Positions 26,466-40,361 are shown, counted from the first letter of the whole stretch. The stretch: DNA of 61,149 nucleotides, filler included, from Streblomastix strix (GCA_008636045.1; 4 parts of 4 records of this genome joined end to end with filler, not necessarily neighbours in it); one strand, 5' to 3'. Translations and numbers: made by a program. Notes: generated by a model from the letters alone, not told the origin.

Positions 26466-27619
26466 TATCTTGTTATAAATATTATTCTTAGAATATACTT
26501 GAAATTATATTGTACTCACTTCCTGACTTTTCAAGGTTTGATTACTGATGTTTGAATATAAATCTTTGAGCATTTTTGCTTTTTATACGCTAAAAGTAAA
26601 ATTCATATTTATCTTACTCTTATTATGTTAGTAATTCTTTCTTTTTTACTTTTTTTAAAATTTCTTAAATTCTATAACAAATGTCACAAACATCAGAGCG
26701 CAGTTTGACTCTGCAAAAGAACGGTCATATTATCTTCACGAATTACGAATAACAAAGTTTAGAATGTTTTCATTAAGATAAAGATAATGATTACTTATTG
26801 ATTAATGAGATTATCTAATATTATATCTTTTGAACTTATCAGATCTTTAATAATTCCTTTTCTTTTATTTCTAATCCTAATCAATATTCAAATAATTATA
26901 ATTTATTACATGTTCTACTTTATTAAATTTTGATATTGAAATTGGAATTTGTTTCAATAAATTTTATTCAAAAAATGATATTGATGTAGTTGAATAGAAT
27001 AAAAAGAATATTTTATTGAAAAAATAATAAAATCAATAATAATTATAATAATAAAAACCAATGAAAAAATTTAAATTTGATTGGTGGATGATATTATCTT
27101 CAGGAAATAATATTTATTCCAATATTCATATTATCCAAATATCAAATTCAGGAACTGGATATCGAGCTAAATAACGATATATTTCACTTGATGAATATGA
27201 AAAATTAGCCAAATTTTACGTAACCAATTAATAATACGCTAAATCTGCCGTGTTACAAGCTTGTGTATGGAAACATCATCGAGCTATAAAGTTACATATG
27301 TAGGTTTGATTGATTAGTGTTATGTTTTAATAAATTATAATTAATAATTATTTCATTTAATTATCTTATTATATATTCTCAAGAAGGTACTTATCAAGAC
27401 ATCAATGAAACGAAAATTAAAATGAATGATGAAAATTTTCAGTTTTAAAAGCGGAGATTCACCCAAGTGATCTCTTCAAGTTGAAAAGGCTATAAGAAAT
27501 TACAATTAAGATACAGAATCTGCAGTTTTATTCTCTTAGAAAGAGATTGAAGCAGTTTGTTACAAATAAGGGAATGAATACTTATTTGACAATTAAACGT
27601 GAATCTTATATGATTCACT

Positions 27620-27946
27620 AGTAGTAGGCAAAAGAACCCCACTGCCCTATTGAATTAAAACTTAAAAATAACGGAAAAACAATAGTGGGTATAATCAATC
27701 GTAATAAAAAATGAAAATAATTTATCAGTAAAATGAGTGAAAAATAAATAATAAGAATGATTTACGGATAGGATTTACGGTTATGATTTACGGGAATGAT
27801 TTACGGTTATGGTTTATGGATGAGCAATGGATGAAATATGGAAAATGAATAGGATTTATGGTGATAATTTATGGTGATCGCTAATGCAATAAGTTAATTT
27901 TTAGAGTTAAATTCCATTGGGCAGTGGGGTTCTTTTGCCTACTACT
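27620..27946. mobile_element. Inverted-repeat unit with Polinton-type AGTAGT termini
   Basis: agtagtaggcaaaagaaccccactgccc at 27620 and its exact reverse complement ending at 27946; internal ~12-bp gatttacgg repeats; no TSD seen. Confidence 0.7.
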
Positions 27947-28917
27947 CTTGGGAATTAATTTAGAGTTCAATCTTATGCAGTTATTTTATTTTTGAGAATT
28001 TTTTAAAGATTAGAGATTTTATGTTTATTTGTACTGAAACAGTGTAAGAAAATATGGGGGATCTCCAAGGTTTTTCAATGATAAATGACGAATGAAAAAT
28101 GATTAATCGTAAGGATGAATATGAGAAAATATCTTATGGAGAAAATAGGTATAAAAAATTGAGGTTAATTGAGGAAATTGAAGGTGACCAATTGATTCAG
28201 AATCACGAATGAACATGATTTTTGGATTCCTCGTATGTGATATGACCTTAGTGAAGAGTATGAATGAGATATGAAAAATTGAGAAAATTGATGAGATTTC
28301 AATGACCTATTTAAATATTTTAAAAATAATATATAGTCAATAAAAAATCAAAATATATAGTGAAAAATAAATGTTTTCTGATTGTCTTGAAAATTGATCT
28401 CTTAGTCAATGTTGATACGCTGATCACAAATATAATGATTAAAATGAATGGATGGACTATTGGATATGGCTAAATATGAAGAACAATGAAATTGATTAAT
28501 GGGGTGGATAAACGATGTGAATTGATCATGTGCATCGAGTACTCTGATGATTATGCTCAGAATCATAGATGAATGAGATGAATTGTCCATGTGTGCCAGT
28601 GTGCCGAGTTGAGACCCCCTAAAATCGCTAAAATATAAAAAGTCGGTCGGTCGGTCGGATTATTTGAGATAGTGTGATAAATTAGAATCATGGATAAATT
28701 AGATGAATTGTCTATGTGCACGAGGACTGTTTTAAGATAATTCTTGAATTAGTGTTCTGACATAGAGATATACATTAATTTGTCCATCTGCACGGGGTAC
28801 ACTACCTGCACGGGGTAACTTGGTAAACTATTTTGAGATCTGCCATAAGCCATTCATGCCATAAATTAAATAAAAATTGTTTTATGAAACTATTTGAACT
28901 TTTTATCTGAAAGCAAA

Positions 28918-30548
28918 ATGGCAACAGAAGAATTTTCAAAAGACAAATCAAACCAACAAACAAACGTGAAATGTGAGACACTTGAGAAAGGACCTAAACG
29001 CAAATATACTCGCAAATCGAAAGCTGATGAGAAAGCAAAAGAGATGATTGATCAAATGATTAATGAACAGACGAATGAATTGACAACTGAACCCACCAAT
29101 AGGCAGATTATTGAAGAGAAATATGATTAACGCATAAGTGAATTACGCAACTAACATGGAGGAACTGATAAAGAATAAGACGAAAGAAGCTATTTAATAT
29201 ATAGATTAGAAAAAAATAGAGAAGATAATATATTTGAAGAAGTAATGCAACCGTTAGTGGAATTATATAGGTAAGAATAAGATTCAAAAACAATAATTGA
29301 ACGCGTTAAAGATGCTATGATTAACACAGTAAACTATACAAAAATAGGTTAATAGGAAGGCAAAAAATAATAAATAACAGGTAAATTAATTGATTTATCA
29401 TTAATGGATGAAGATAATCTATGTGTTGTTGATATAGATATTCATAAGGATAAATCAATAGAAGAAATCGATAAAATAAGATAAAATCTAATTGATTCCC
29501 TTCCACCAAATGTAGGTCTAGTAAAGACTGCTCATGGAGGATTACATATCTATTGCAATAAAAATTTCTATCTATTACCTTCCAACCGTAATGTAAAAGT
29601 AGCCGTAACTGATAGCTTTGATATTGATGTATTTGCTAAAATGACTAAATATAAAATTGAAAATGGATTAGAAACAAAAGACATAGTATAGAATCGAGTA
29701 GTTGCTCCTAACACATCTATTCGAGAAACTAAAAATAACTAACGAGTTACACTCAAATATGAAGCAGTTAATGATTGGGAAAATGCATCACATTTAGCGA
29801 GCTTGAGAGAGATACTTGATAAATGGAATATAGATATTGAGATGTCATATAAAGATTACGCTTAATAGTAACATGATAGAATATATGGAGTGTAAATCAA
29901 TGATGACGGAGCAATTGAATAAATGAATGATGAACTTGCATAAGCGTGTGTTGATGGATTGAAGAACTTAGAAATACATAACTATCCTTAACCAATAAAT
30001 ATGGAGGTATCTCTTCTAAGTATATTCTGTGGATTATATGGAATCACTAATGAATCGATTAGAGCTGAAGGAATGAGGAATATACGCTAATTCAACAAGC
30101 TATCTGCAAACGCTGATAAGAACTATGGATAAGCGTCATCTAATGGTGAGCGTAAGCCTAATCCATGGATCTTAACAAAGATCTTAAGGTATCATAATAA
30201 AGAATACTATGAATAGATAATTAAACCACTATTAAAGAAGAATTATGAAGTGAAAAAATAATCGAAAATAGTTGATACAGTTAAACAAATTGAGAAGCAT
30301 GAAATTGATCTGAAAGATGTGTTCACATTAACAGATGTATCTAGTAAAGCATTAAATGGATAATATTAAAATTAATTAGAATTAGTTGCTGAAGATTTGC
30401 TTAAAATAATAAAGGTTGTACCTTGCTAAAACGGATGGTGCTATGTCATTAAAGAATATGATTGTTTACATAATACTAATGCAATTCATTATAAAAATAA
30501 GACTGCTATCTATGATTAATTACGTTCAATAAGACTTTGGTAAGATGG
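28918..30548 (+). CDS. Prim-Pol (AEP superfamily) primase-polymerase, 3'-truncated
   Basis: Single open frame from ATG 28918 with TAR=Gln; motifs LCVVDIDIH, VKTAHGGLHIYC, FDIDVF, RVVAPNT. Confidence 0.85.
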
Positions 30549-30648
30549 NNNNNNNNNNNNNNNNNNNNNNNNNNNNNNNNNNNNNNNNNNNNTTAATTAA
30601 TTAANNNNNNNNNNNNNNNNNNNNNNNNNNNNNNNNNNNNNNNNNNNN
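30549..30648. other. Artificial contig linker
   Basis: Ns + TTAATTAATTAA. Confidence 0.97.
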
Positions 30649-31327
30649 CTGAATATACTTATGCAACAATATAACCACGTTCTTTCAAGAATAGAGATAG
30701 ATAGTATTTGATGAAATGCCTATAACCATCAGCTGGCTTATCTTCTTCTTTCCATGCCTTATAATGCTTCTCTTACCGGACTTGTTTAGTTGGATTTTAA
30801 GTGAAATATTTATTTACTCTTTGACGCTTAATTGGAATTGTAATTCTAAGTCCATCAGCTGATTGAATAAATACTCTATCATCACGAACAATAAACTCTG
30901 GAAACTTATCTCCATTAATATCTTCTTCTGATCCTTACCAATTTCTATATTTATCACCCTTTTTATTCTTTTTCCATTTTTCAAATGAAAATGGATTTGA
31001 CCACATTTTCTTGAATTGTATATCTTTATTCCTACCAATCAAATCCATTAGCGGAGCATATGATTACTACCTTGATTACGCTAGAACCTCATTTCTTTTA
31101 GCTAATGATTATTCTCTAACCTTTTAATAATCTTAATTATCTCTCAACTCTTATTTGTCTTGAATTTATGGTCCTGTTGTCTTCTCATATGTTTCATATG
31201 ATAGTACTATCCTTTTATTTCCATAGTAATCTGTTTCTGGATATCTTATTCTAGTACTGGAAATATATCCTAATTTATTTGCTACAGTTTGTTATTAAGA
31301 TCCACTTTATTAAGTTTGTTTACTCAT
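30649..31327 (-). pseudogene. Hypothetical viral protein, decayed and truncated
   Basis: MSKQTQQSGSQQQTVANKLGY... with an internal TGA; divergent from the ATPase. Confidence 0.35.
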
Positions 31328-31359
31328 TTAGTTTAAGCAAAAAATTGGATATCAACTAC

Positions 31360-31651
31360 ATGTCAATCATTGGTTACAACTGTAAATAAATGTCAAATCA
31401 TTCATTAGCGCAATATGTAAATGAATTACTAGAAAGTTTAGTCACTAATAAACATGAGGTGTAAAGCATAGTTCACAAGGAAATTAACCTTATGTATAAT
31501 TCTATTCAGTTATTTATAGTCTAGAGAGGAAGTGGTAAGTAATATAATGTATTCAAAGAATTAATCAAATTGAGTTAGGTTAAGAATTGTTATATATTAT
31601 TTATATATGTTACTGATAGCAATAATGATTAAACATATTAGAAGAAGAGTA
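31360..31651 (+). pseudogene. A32-like packaging ATPase, 5' part (split by the pogo element)
   Basis: Degenerate Walker A LFIVQRGSGKQY; ends at the TA target site. Confidence 0.65.
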
Positions 31652-32059
31652 CAGTAGAACTCGGTTAATTCAGACTCGGTTAATTCAGACAATCGGATAA
31701 TTCAGATTTTTCAAAAAATACTCAAATTTATTTAAAAATTAGCTTTAAATTTATCGTTTAATTCAGAAATTTTAATCGGATAATTCAGACTTTTTTTATA
31801 AAATTCTTATAGATGAAATATGAAAATTAATATAATTTTTTTTTAAAAATAAATTATTTTTTAAAAAAAAAATATTTTCTTAAATTTTGATTCAAATAAA
31901 ATTTAAAAGATTTTTTTTAAAAAATCTTAATTAATCTTTGTTTTATTTTCAACTCAAATTATTCATTTTTGTTATTAAAAATGTGTTTATTATTTTTAAA
32001 CTTTTAAACTAATACCGAAGAGTTTTTTTTTCTATAATGAAAAAATAAAAATCCATAAT

Positions 32060-32990
32060 CTTTTTTTCGTTTGAAATTATAAATTCTCTCTTTATTATGG
32101 TTCACAAAGGTAATATAATGGTTACCATTAACAAATTCAAGACCAATATAAAGTCGTTATCCGGGATTAAGACTGTAACTTTGACCGCTTGGTAACGAAA
32201 CATTAATTTGTCTCCAAAACTCCCGTCTTGTTGCTTCAAGAATCGGACCGTCTGCCCATTCGTGAGAACTACGCATCTTAGTAATATATTAATCTATGTT
32301 CTCTTCAAATTCTGCCTGCAAGTATATATATTAAAATTTTTCTTTTTCTTTTTCTTTTTTTTCAATTTTTGCTTCATCAGCCGATACAAATTGAAGCATG
32401 AAGTCATCTTCGTTCTTATGCGCTTCAATATAATTGCATGCCTTCTCCCTTATATACTCGAATTGATCTTCACTTTTGTATAATGCAACAGATACAGAGC
32501 GAAAAAAAACAGTCGCCACCAGCAAAATTATTGACAATTCGCTTGTTTTAAGTTTTTGCTAGATTTTTCATCGTTTTCATATCACTATATTTTTCTTCGA
32601 CGCTATCACTTGAATTTTCATGTTCCATATTTTTTTCATCATTTTCAGATTATTGTTCTTCTGCGAACGAGCAGTCATCAAGGCTCATCGCATTGCTTTT
32701 GTAACTGATATCTTCAGTATTCTCACTTTATGTATTAAAATCGTCATCAATAGAGTAGCTTTTTCTAAGTGTTCTTCTACTTCTTCATCAGAGTTACTTT
32801 CACTCAGCTTCGTTAAAATTTTAAAACTTTGCAGTGACTTTGCAGAAATTCTTCTATTCTCGAACTTTAAATTCAAACTGTCAGTAATCACATCTTCCAT
32901 CTATAGCACTTTATCTTCATTTATCGGAAACAATCCAATGTTAACAAACATAGATTCCCTAAAATCGGATCAGAAACAAAACAGATAATG
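32060..32990 (-). pseudogene. OTU-like cysteine protease cargo gene, frameshifted
   Basis: GGDCFF/RSVSVALY (extra T in a T-run), IREKACNYI, YITKMRSSHEWADGPILEA, IGLEFVNGNHY. Confidence 0.78.
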
Positions 32991-33289
32991 AAAAATGGTT
33001 TAGATCAACATATAAGAATTATTTTTCAATTTCATGCTTAGAAATGTGAATAAAAATAATATATTTGTATAAATTTAATTCACTTATAATTTTTTATTAT
33101 TTGAAAAATAGAATTTTAAATTAATTTATTTCATCAATTAAATGTAACAAATTTATTAATAATAATTTTTTTTATTAAAATATTAATTGAAATAGAATAT
33201 TAATTATTAATTTAACATCTATTTTAAATGAATATTATTTTAAATCAAATTTTTTAATATTACATTAAGTATATTGTTTTTGATATCAT

Positions 33290-36200
33290 TTTTTATAATG
33301 AAACATAATTGTTATGATTGATATAACCAAGATGAAGTGGCTATTTGTTATTTTACTCTTTGCCAATCTTTGTGACTGTTCCTTATGGAGTATGGACATA
33401 AATTTGGATTTCAAATGCTTCTGCTGCGGCTATTATGCTCCCATCGCCACTCCACGCATTCATTAACAAACTTTCCATTCTTCATTAAATTGTTTCACTC
33501 GGTTCCAATGCGCTATCATGTAGTTGCGAGTTATTGATTAAGAATTCTACAGCAAATTCTCTGATTGTATAAAACTGTTTATCATTAAGCCCCAACTAAT
33601 TAGCAATTGCACTTAAAAATTGTTAGTTAAATTAAAAATAAGAAAATTCAAACTAGTATAAACAATTTCAATCTAATAAATTATCAATTATCTTGAATTA
33701 TTGGTTCCATTTCTATCTCAATATGTTTATAGGAGTGTGTGAAAAGAATGATTGCATTGGGGGTTGAATTGATGGTTTAATTTATTGTTTGAAATTTAAT
33801 CACTGAATCAATCAAAATTTAAGGATTTAAAGATGAATTAAGTTGAATTTATTGAGTTCGCATTGATTCATAATCAACGCTTGGTTAAATTATAAATTTT
33901 TGGATTATGCTTAAGTTTTTAAAGTTGTATTTGTTAAAGTATTTGAATTTTTTAATTTAAGTTAATATTATTTGTTGATTAGAATGTATTTTGAAAATAA
34001 TTTTGAATTTTTGTAGATTATTTAATGAATAGTTATTTTTTAATCAAATCACTCTCTTTTTATTTTAATTACATATTATCATTTTTTAAACATCTGCATT
34101 ATTTAACATTTAATTTAGATGTTGGTTATTTTTTATATTAAATTATGAATCTATATTTTTTTTTATAGAATCATCTTCATCACTCTAATGTTCAATGATT
34201 TATAACTCTGATTCTTTCTCCAAAACTAAATCATCATTTAATTCAGTTTCAATATCAGATTCCATAGAATTTTCAGCTAAATCGTCTAATTCATAATAAT
34301 TCTAAAACAACAATTCAGATGGTTTGTAATATTAATCAATCAGTGATTGAAACAATAACGATTACTGTTTTCCATACATTAATTTGAGTAATTATTATAT
34401 TATTGGTTAATATTAAACTTCGTTAAGATATATTGATAATGATTAAAAAGCAACGAATGCTTCCTTCGAAGAACAATTTTATGGTTATTCTACTATATCT
34501 TCATCTGACATTGCTGCATGTGTCAATAATTTTTCTTCTTCAGAATTTATTTCATAATTGTACAACTCCTCTTCTATTACTTCTTCATCTATTATTTCTT
34601 AATTTTTTCATTTTTCTTTCTAATCTATGCTATTCTAAAAAATTTTTGATTTTTAATTGAAATAATTTCATTCTATCCTTTCTATAATTTCACGCAAGCA
34701 TCATAAATTGCAATCTTCTACTCTTTTCTTGCAATTACATTAGCAAAGTTTTATTCAGTTATAGAAGTTTAATATCTTTTCTTAAGAGCATGAACGATCC
34801 CCAGATCCATCGGTTGAAGAACTGAAGTGGTGTTTGTTGTTTGATATCTAATTGTGATATTTGAGAAGAAACTTGGATATATTTTGTGAGAAGAACAATT
34901 GTCAACAGTTATGCAAATCTTTCTTCTAGTTATTTTTAATTTTTCATTTTCTCATCGAAGATATTCATTGAATATTGGTATTACTATCGAAGCATTTTTC
35001 TACGAATAATACTGGAAAGGTTGAACTTTATGGCCATTAAACGAACGAGGATGCAATGATGGTCCAATTATAGCTAATGATAGTTTCTCACCAGTAATTG
35101 AAGCACTGGTTAAACCGGTTATTCCCTTTTTGGATACTTTGGTTTCTTTAATTTCCTACCCTTTTTCTTTGATTGTGTTTCGCATAGCCGTTTAAAGGAA
35201 CAAAGCGAATTCATCCAAATTAAAGATATCTTCAGGTTTGAACAATTCGATTATTGCTGGAAGTGCTTCATCGATCCAACGTAATGCACCAACATAATCT
35301 GCAGATCCACTTTCTCCATGTATTGGAATATTGTTAAAAGAATGACGTCCTTTCAATCTGTATACCAACCCTGCGTAATGTTCTGCAATTCTTTTATCTT
35401 CACAATTATCCAATTATTCATAATCTTCTAATAATTCATTAAATATATCATTTTCTTTAATCATTTAATTCTTTTCTTTTTCTATGTTTACTTGCATATT
35501 AAGTAGTTTAACTGCTGAATATTCAAGAATTCTATCTGTTTTTACAATTTATGGAGATCTTACTGCAAATTCGCACATCAAAATTAATAAAGTTTAATCT
35601 AATTTCTTATCTTTTGCTTTTCTGATTCCTTTTAAGTTTTCTTATTATAATATGTTATTAAATTGATTTCTTAATAAGTTTTCTTTCTATAGAAATTAAT
35701 AAAAGGTTTTAACATTTACTTCATTTATAATGCAGAATTTTGGTTTATCTTTACAATTTTCTTTATGAAATTTATCCAATAATTCAATTTTTTATTTTAA
35801 TGTTATAGTTTTATATTCTTTTTTTTTATTTATTTCAGAAGTTTAATAATTTGTTTATATTTATTTTTCTTTTATTATTTCTTTTTAACTTTAATTTATA
35901 TTTTTTAAATTATTGGTATAATATTATTATTATTAAATATTTGAAGGAAGATTTGATAAATCTTATTTTGTATTTTGAATTTCAATAGAGTTTTCAACAG
36001 ATTTTGATGATAATTGAGCACCTATTTACAATTATTAATTATCTATTTCATTAAATTCTTTTAAATAATCTGATTAACTTCTTTATGTTTAATAATTTTT
36101 TGAATTATTAAATTATTTATCAAATGAAATTAATTGAGAATTTCTCGTTGAAGGTTGAGAAGAAAATTTTTTACAATTAGATTATTTAACATTAATTTCA

Positions 36201-37027
36201 TTTATATGATTTATTTCAGTTTATGATTCTTTATTAACTATCATTTTATCTTTGAACTAATTCATTTAAATTTCGTTGTTTGGAAAAATTTAAGGTTAGT
36301 TTTATTTTATTGGTTTATTTAACTAACTTATTTATTATTACTAAATACTATATTTAGAGATTGCAGTTGATTAAAGAAGGGAAGAGGGTAAATTTAAGGA
36401 TTATCTTTGAAATCCATTGATTTTTATTACATCAGTAATGGGGGATGAACGAAATTTAGAAGATAAATTATTACTTTAAATTATCATTTATTCTTCAGAT
36501 TATGAATATAATGGATTAATTTATTAACTTGGTTTGGAATTTATGTCAGTGAAATTTTATGAACTTATCAAAATATTTGATTTATCTACTTAGTTATTTT
36601 AATTATCAATTTAAAATTATCTGATATTTGAATTTTAATTTAAGAGGTATTTTTATTCTTAAAATTTATTCGACTAAATTTTGATAAATGATTCATTAAT
36701 AGAATAACATTATTGATTTATTTATTTCAAATTTAAATAAATATCAAGATGAATTCCAACATCAATTTGGAAAGATGATTGTGAATAATGATGGAGAGTA
36801 TAATTAATTTATTGATGCACAATGTCAATTAAATGAGTTTCAATGTTAATTATATTGAAATGAATATAATTTGTGTGTTATTACTATATTTATTTATTTA
36901 TCAATATAGTAACTTTATTGATTTATTATTTTTTCAGATTTAAATAAATATAAAGATGAATGTCTACATCGATTTGGATATATGGTTATGAATTAAATCA
37001 ATTTATAATTCATTTATTAATATTCAT
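33290..37027 (-). pseudogene. pogo transposase (HTH + DDE_1, D31D) followed on the same strand by an OTU-like domain
   Basis: ITLKQKIELL, IHGESGSAD, DIFNLDEFALF, ITVDNCSSH, NTTSVLQPMDLGIV. Then D*NCLY[42-nt intron]YAIANQLG...IREFAVEFL...WSGDGSIIAAAEAF...LHLGYINHNNYVSL at 33295-33675. 5' boundary approximate. Confidence 0.85.
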
Positions 37028-38213
37028 TTTAATATAATTTTATAAAAATATAAACAAATATAAATTAAGATATTTATAAATAAATAATTAAATTGTTTTA
37101 TTATAAATGTTTCAAATTACCTTTACTAAATTTTTCAATAATTATTCAGCTGTTTGTTTCACTAATTAACTTTATTTACTAATCATTTATCGCAGATACA
37201 ATTCTATTCTTGAACTCTATAATTTTATAAAATAAAATTTTCTGAAATTAAATGATTAATTTAATAATCAACTTTAAAAACACTAGGTTTTTCGACCTTA
37301 TCTTTCAAAGATTATAAAAGAGTGATCAAAATTTTCAAATTCTAAATTAATTAAGTTTAAACAATTATAAAATTAATTTTAATATATAAAAAATAAAAAT
37401 ACTGGGAAAGGCTGAAATAATAATATATTTGTGATCTATTTTTAAATTATCAGCAATATCTTTAATGCTTAGATTAGTATAATCCATTCTTCAAAATAAT
37501 AAAATAATAATTATATTAATTTGAAAATATGGTAAAGATATGGTTTTATTAATTAAAAAAATTACAATTTGTATTAATTAATTTGAGAAAATTTTAGTAA
37601 TTTAAATATTTAATATTAAGAAAATAAGAAATTATATAATTTAAATTAAAAATTCTTTAGAATTAAGTATGGATTCTGTCAAAAGAAGTATTATTTTATA
37701 AAATTAAATTAAATCAATTTTTCTTTTTAATTTAAGAAATATTTCGAATATAATAATTTTAATTAATATATATCACTATTGTACTTAAGTAATAACAATA
37801 TTATGAAAATATGTCCTATGAAAATTATTAGTAAAATAGCATTTTATTTATTTTAGATGAATATACTCTTATATAATATAATAAAAATCTTAAAATTTGA
37901 ATTATTAATTTTATTAAATAATGTCTATTATTTTTTAATAAAGATTGTAATAAAAACATGAACAAACTTTTTTGAATTTTATAATTAATACTTATTAATT
38001 TTTTTCAAGTTAAAAAATAATACATTTACATTTAAATTTAATATTTTAATATAATAATATTTAATTTTTAATGAAACTTACTATTTTAATGTATATAAAA
38101 AAACAAAAATTTTCAACATCCCATATAAATTTTTTATTAGGATCTGAATTTCGGTCAATTCAGACTTCCATTTTCGTGCAAGTTGGAGTCTGAATTAACC
38201 GAGTTCTACTGTA

Positions 38214-38737
38214 CATTAATCAATATTCCAACAAAGATTGTTACTTATGGTGAAATTGATGGAGTACTTAATGACCTAATTGAAGCAAAAGCAGCTTATG
38301 ATACAGTAATTGGAAAACATCTAATAAATTAACTTACATCAGATTTAAAATAGGAAATTCTGACAACTATCGGAGCATAGAATTTTAACATGAAATATCC
38401 TCATACTTTAGTTCTATTTGATGATTCAATGTCAGTATTCAAAAATAAGTAATTACCATTATTCAAAAAGCTATTCAAGAACTGATAGCCAAGAGTCACT
38501 TATTTTCTATGCGTGTAAGATATAATTGGTCTTGATGCAAGTATATAAGCTAATGTTGATACAATTTACTTTTTCGATGGATTCAATAGATAGAAATTTA
38601 ACTTATTTTTATTATGAATCTTCTATACCATTTGATAAAGATAAAGTATAGGAAATATATATAAATTTAACAAAGAGATAAATCTTAATTGTATAATACA
38701 GCAATGAGGAAACAAAAATAAAGATATTAGACTCATG
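38214..38737 (+). pseudogene. A32-like packaging ATPase, 3' part
   Basis: Walker B HTLVLFDD, N*QPR (Arg codon to TGA), YFLCVQ, IQANVD. Confidence 0.8.
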
Positions 38738-38807
38738 ATTCTTCATCTAAATCATTAATTGAAATAATTACTTTATCAATTAGTACACTAATTAGTTTAT
38801 TCAATTA

Positions 38808-39647
38808 CAGGGTGGTGGAGAAGTCCATCCGTCGAACTTTTCTACATACCCATAGAAGGTATTTTAATTTATTATATATATTTATATGTCGTATGATGTC
38901 ATAGAAAATTTGGATAGCTTGCTTTTATGATTGGATGTTTATTCATAACAATATGATAATTTTTATATATATGGAAATTGAAAAATTTTAAAATCGTATC
39001 ATAACTATATGATTATGTATATATTTGATGTAATGAATATATATTTGTATTAAGTATGTAAGATATATATATTATATTATATAAACACTAAAATTGGATC
39101 ACTTCTCAAAAACCCAAAAATAGGGAATTTTCCTAAAAATTTTTTAAAGCTAAAATTTTAAAACAAATATTTTATAGCGATTTCTCTTTTAAAGTTATTT
39201 ATTTTAATAATATATTGTTAGTATTGGTATACATAATATGAAATGTAAAAGATAAAATTGTTCTATTTAATGTGTAAAAATATAAATTTGTTTTAAAATT
39301 TTGGCTTTAAAAAAAATTTTAGGAAAATTCCCTATTTTTGTGTTTTTGAGAAGTGATCCAATTTTAGTGTTTATATAATATAATATATATATCTTACATA
39401 CTTAATACAAATATATATTCATTACATCAAATATATACATAATCATATAGTTATGATACGATTTTAAAATTTTTCAATTTCCATATATATAAAAATTATC
39501 ATATTGTTATGAATAAACATCCAATCATAAAAGCAAGCTATCCAAATTTTCTATGACATCATACGACATATAAATATATATAATAAATTAAAATACCTTC
39601 TATGGGTATGTAGAAAAGTTCGACGGATGGACTTCTCCACCACCCTG
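38808..39647. mobile_element. Non-autonomous Tc1/mariner-type foldback MITE (840 bp, ~360-bp TIRs)
   Basis: TA|cagggtggtggagaagtccatccg...cggatggacttctccaccaccctg|TA; near-perfect arms around a ~120-bp spacer. Confidence 0.93.
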
Positions 39648-40361
39648 TAATCATTTTCAATTATATTTTTATTATTATTTTTATCATGACATTTTCTCAA
39701 AGAAATCACTCTTTAGAGTTTAGTTATATAATACCATTTGACTTTAAATGTCTTATTCAATTTTAATTAATCATTTTAACCATAAATTCCTTATTTAATA
39801 TAAGATACTATTTGAACTCATTAACCGTATCAAATGTTACCAACTCAGGTGAATACTTCTCAAATATCTTCAATTATGGTAGATTATCGTTCAATTTATT
39901 AACTACCTTCTATTTGATATCAAATATTACTCGACCCATTTTATTTGAAATAAATTCATACATATCAAAATACTAAATAGATTTCAAATATAAATGATGT
40001 ATTATTTTAATCAACTAATTCACCATCAATATTCTTAAACCGAAATTTTACGCATTTTTCATGATTTAATTGGCGAAAGTGTTTATCTGTACATTTTTCA
40101 TCACATATACCTACATACCAATCATTTTCTTAATCATCTTATACAAATGTAGCATGTAAATAAAGATCTTAACGAATTAACTATTTATTTGTTCTACATT
40201 ATACAAATATTATCTCTCTATTATTTTGGGAGATAACAAATTCAATAGGTAATAAAAACTGACTAATACCTTCATCTGTTTTTATAGTTGAGTTTTAGTT
40301 AATATCATTCGTTTTCTATTATGTTATGAGATCATTTTATATTCAAAAATAATTCTATTTT

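Larger units (their letters stand above)
31652..38211 (-). mobile_element. pogo/Tigger-like Tc1/mariner transposon, 6560 bp, with OTU cargo
   Basis: Perfect 26-bp TIRs cagtagaactcggttaattcagactc, TA duplication on both sides, subterminal cgg(t/a)taattcaga repeats and an internal DDE_1 transposase. Confidence 0.93.

Noticed and set aside
27755..27825. CRISPR-like array (also considered 11268-11335 and 25070-25212)
   Set aside because: Short head-to-tail degenerate repeats without unique spacers, no cas genes, eukaryotic context.
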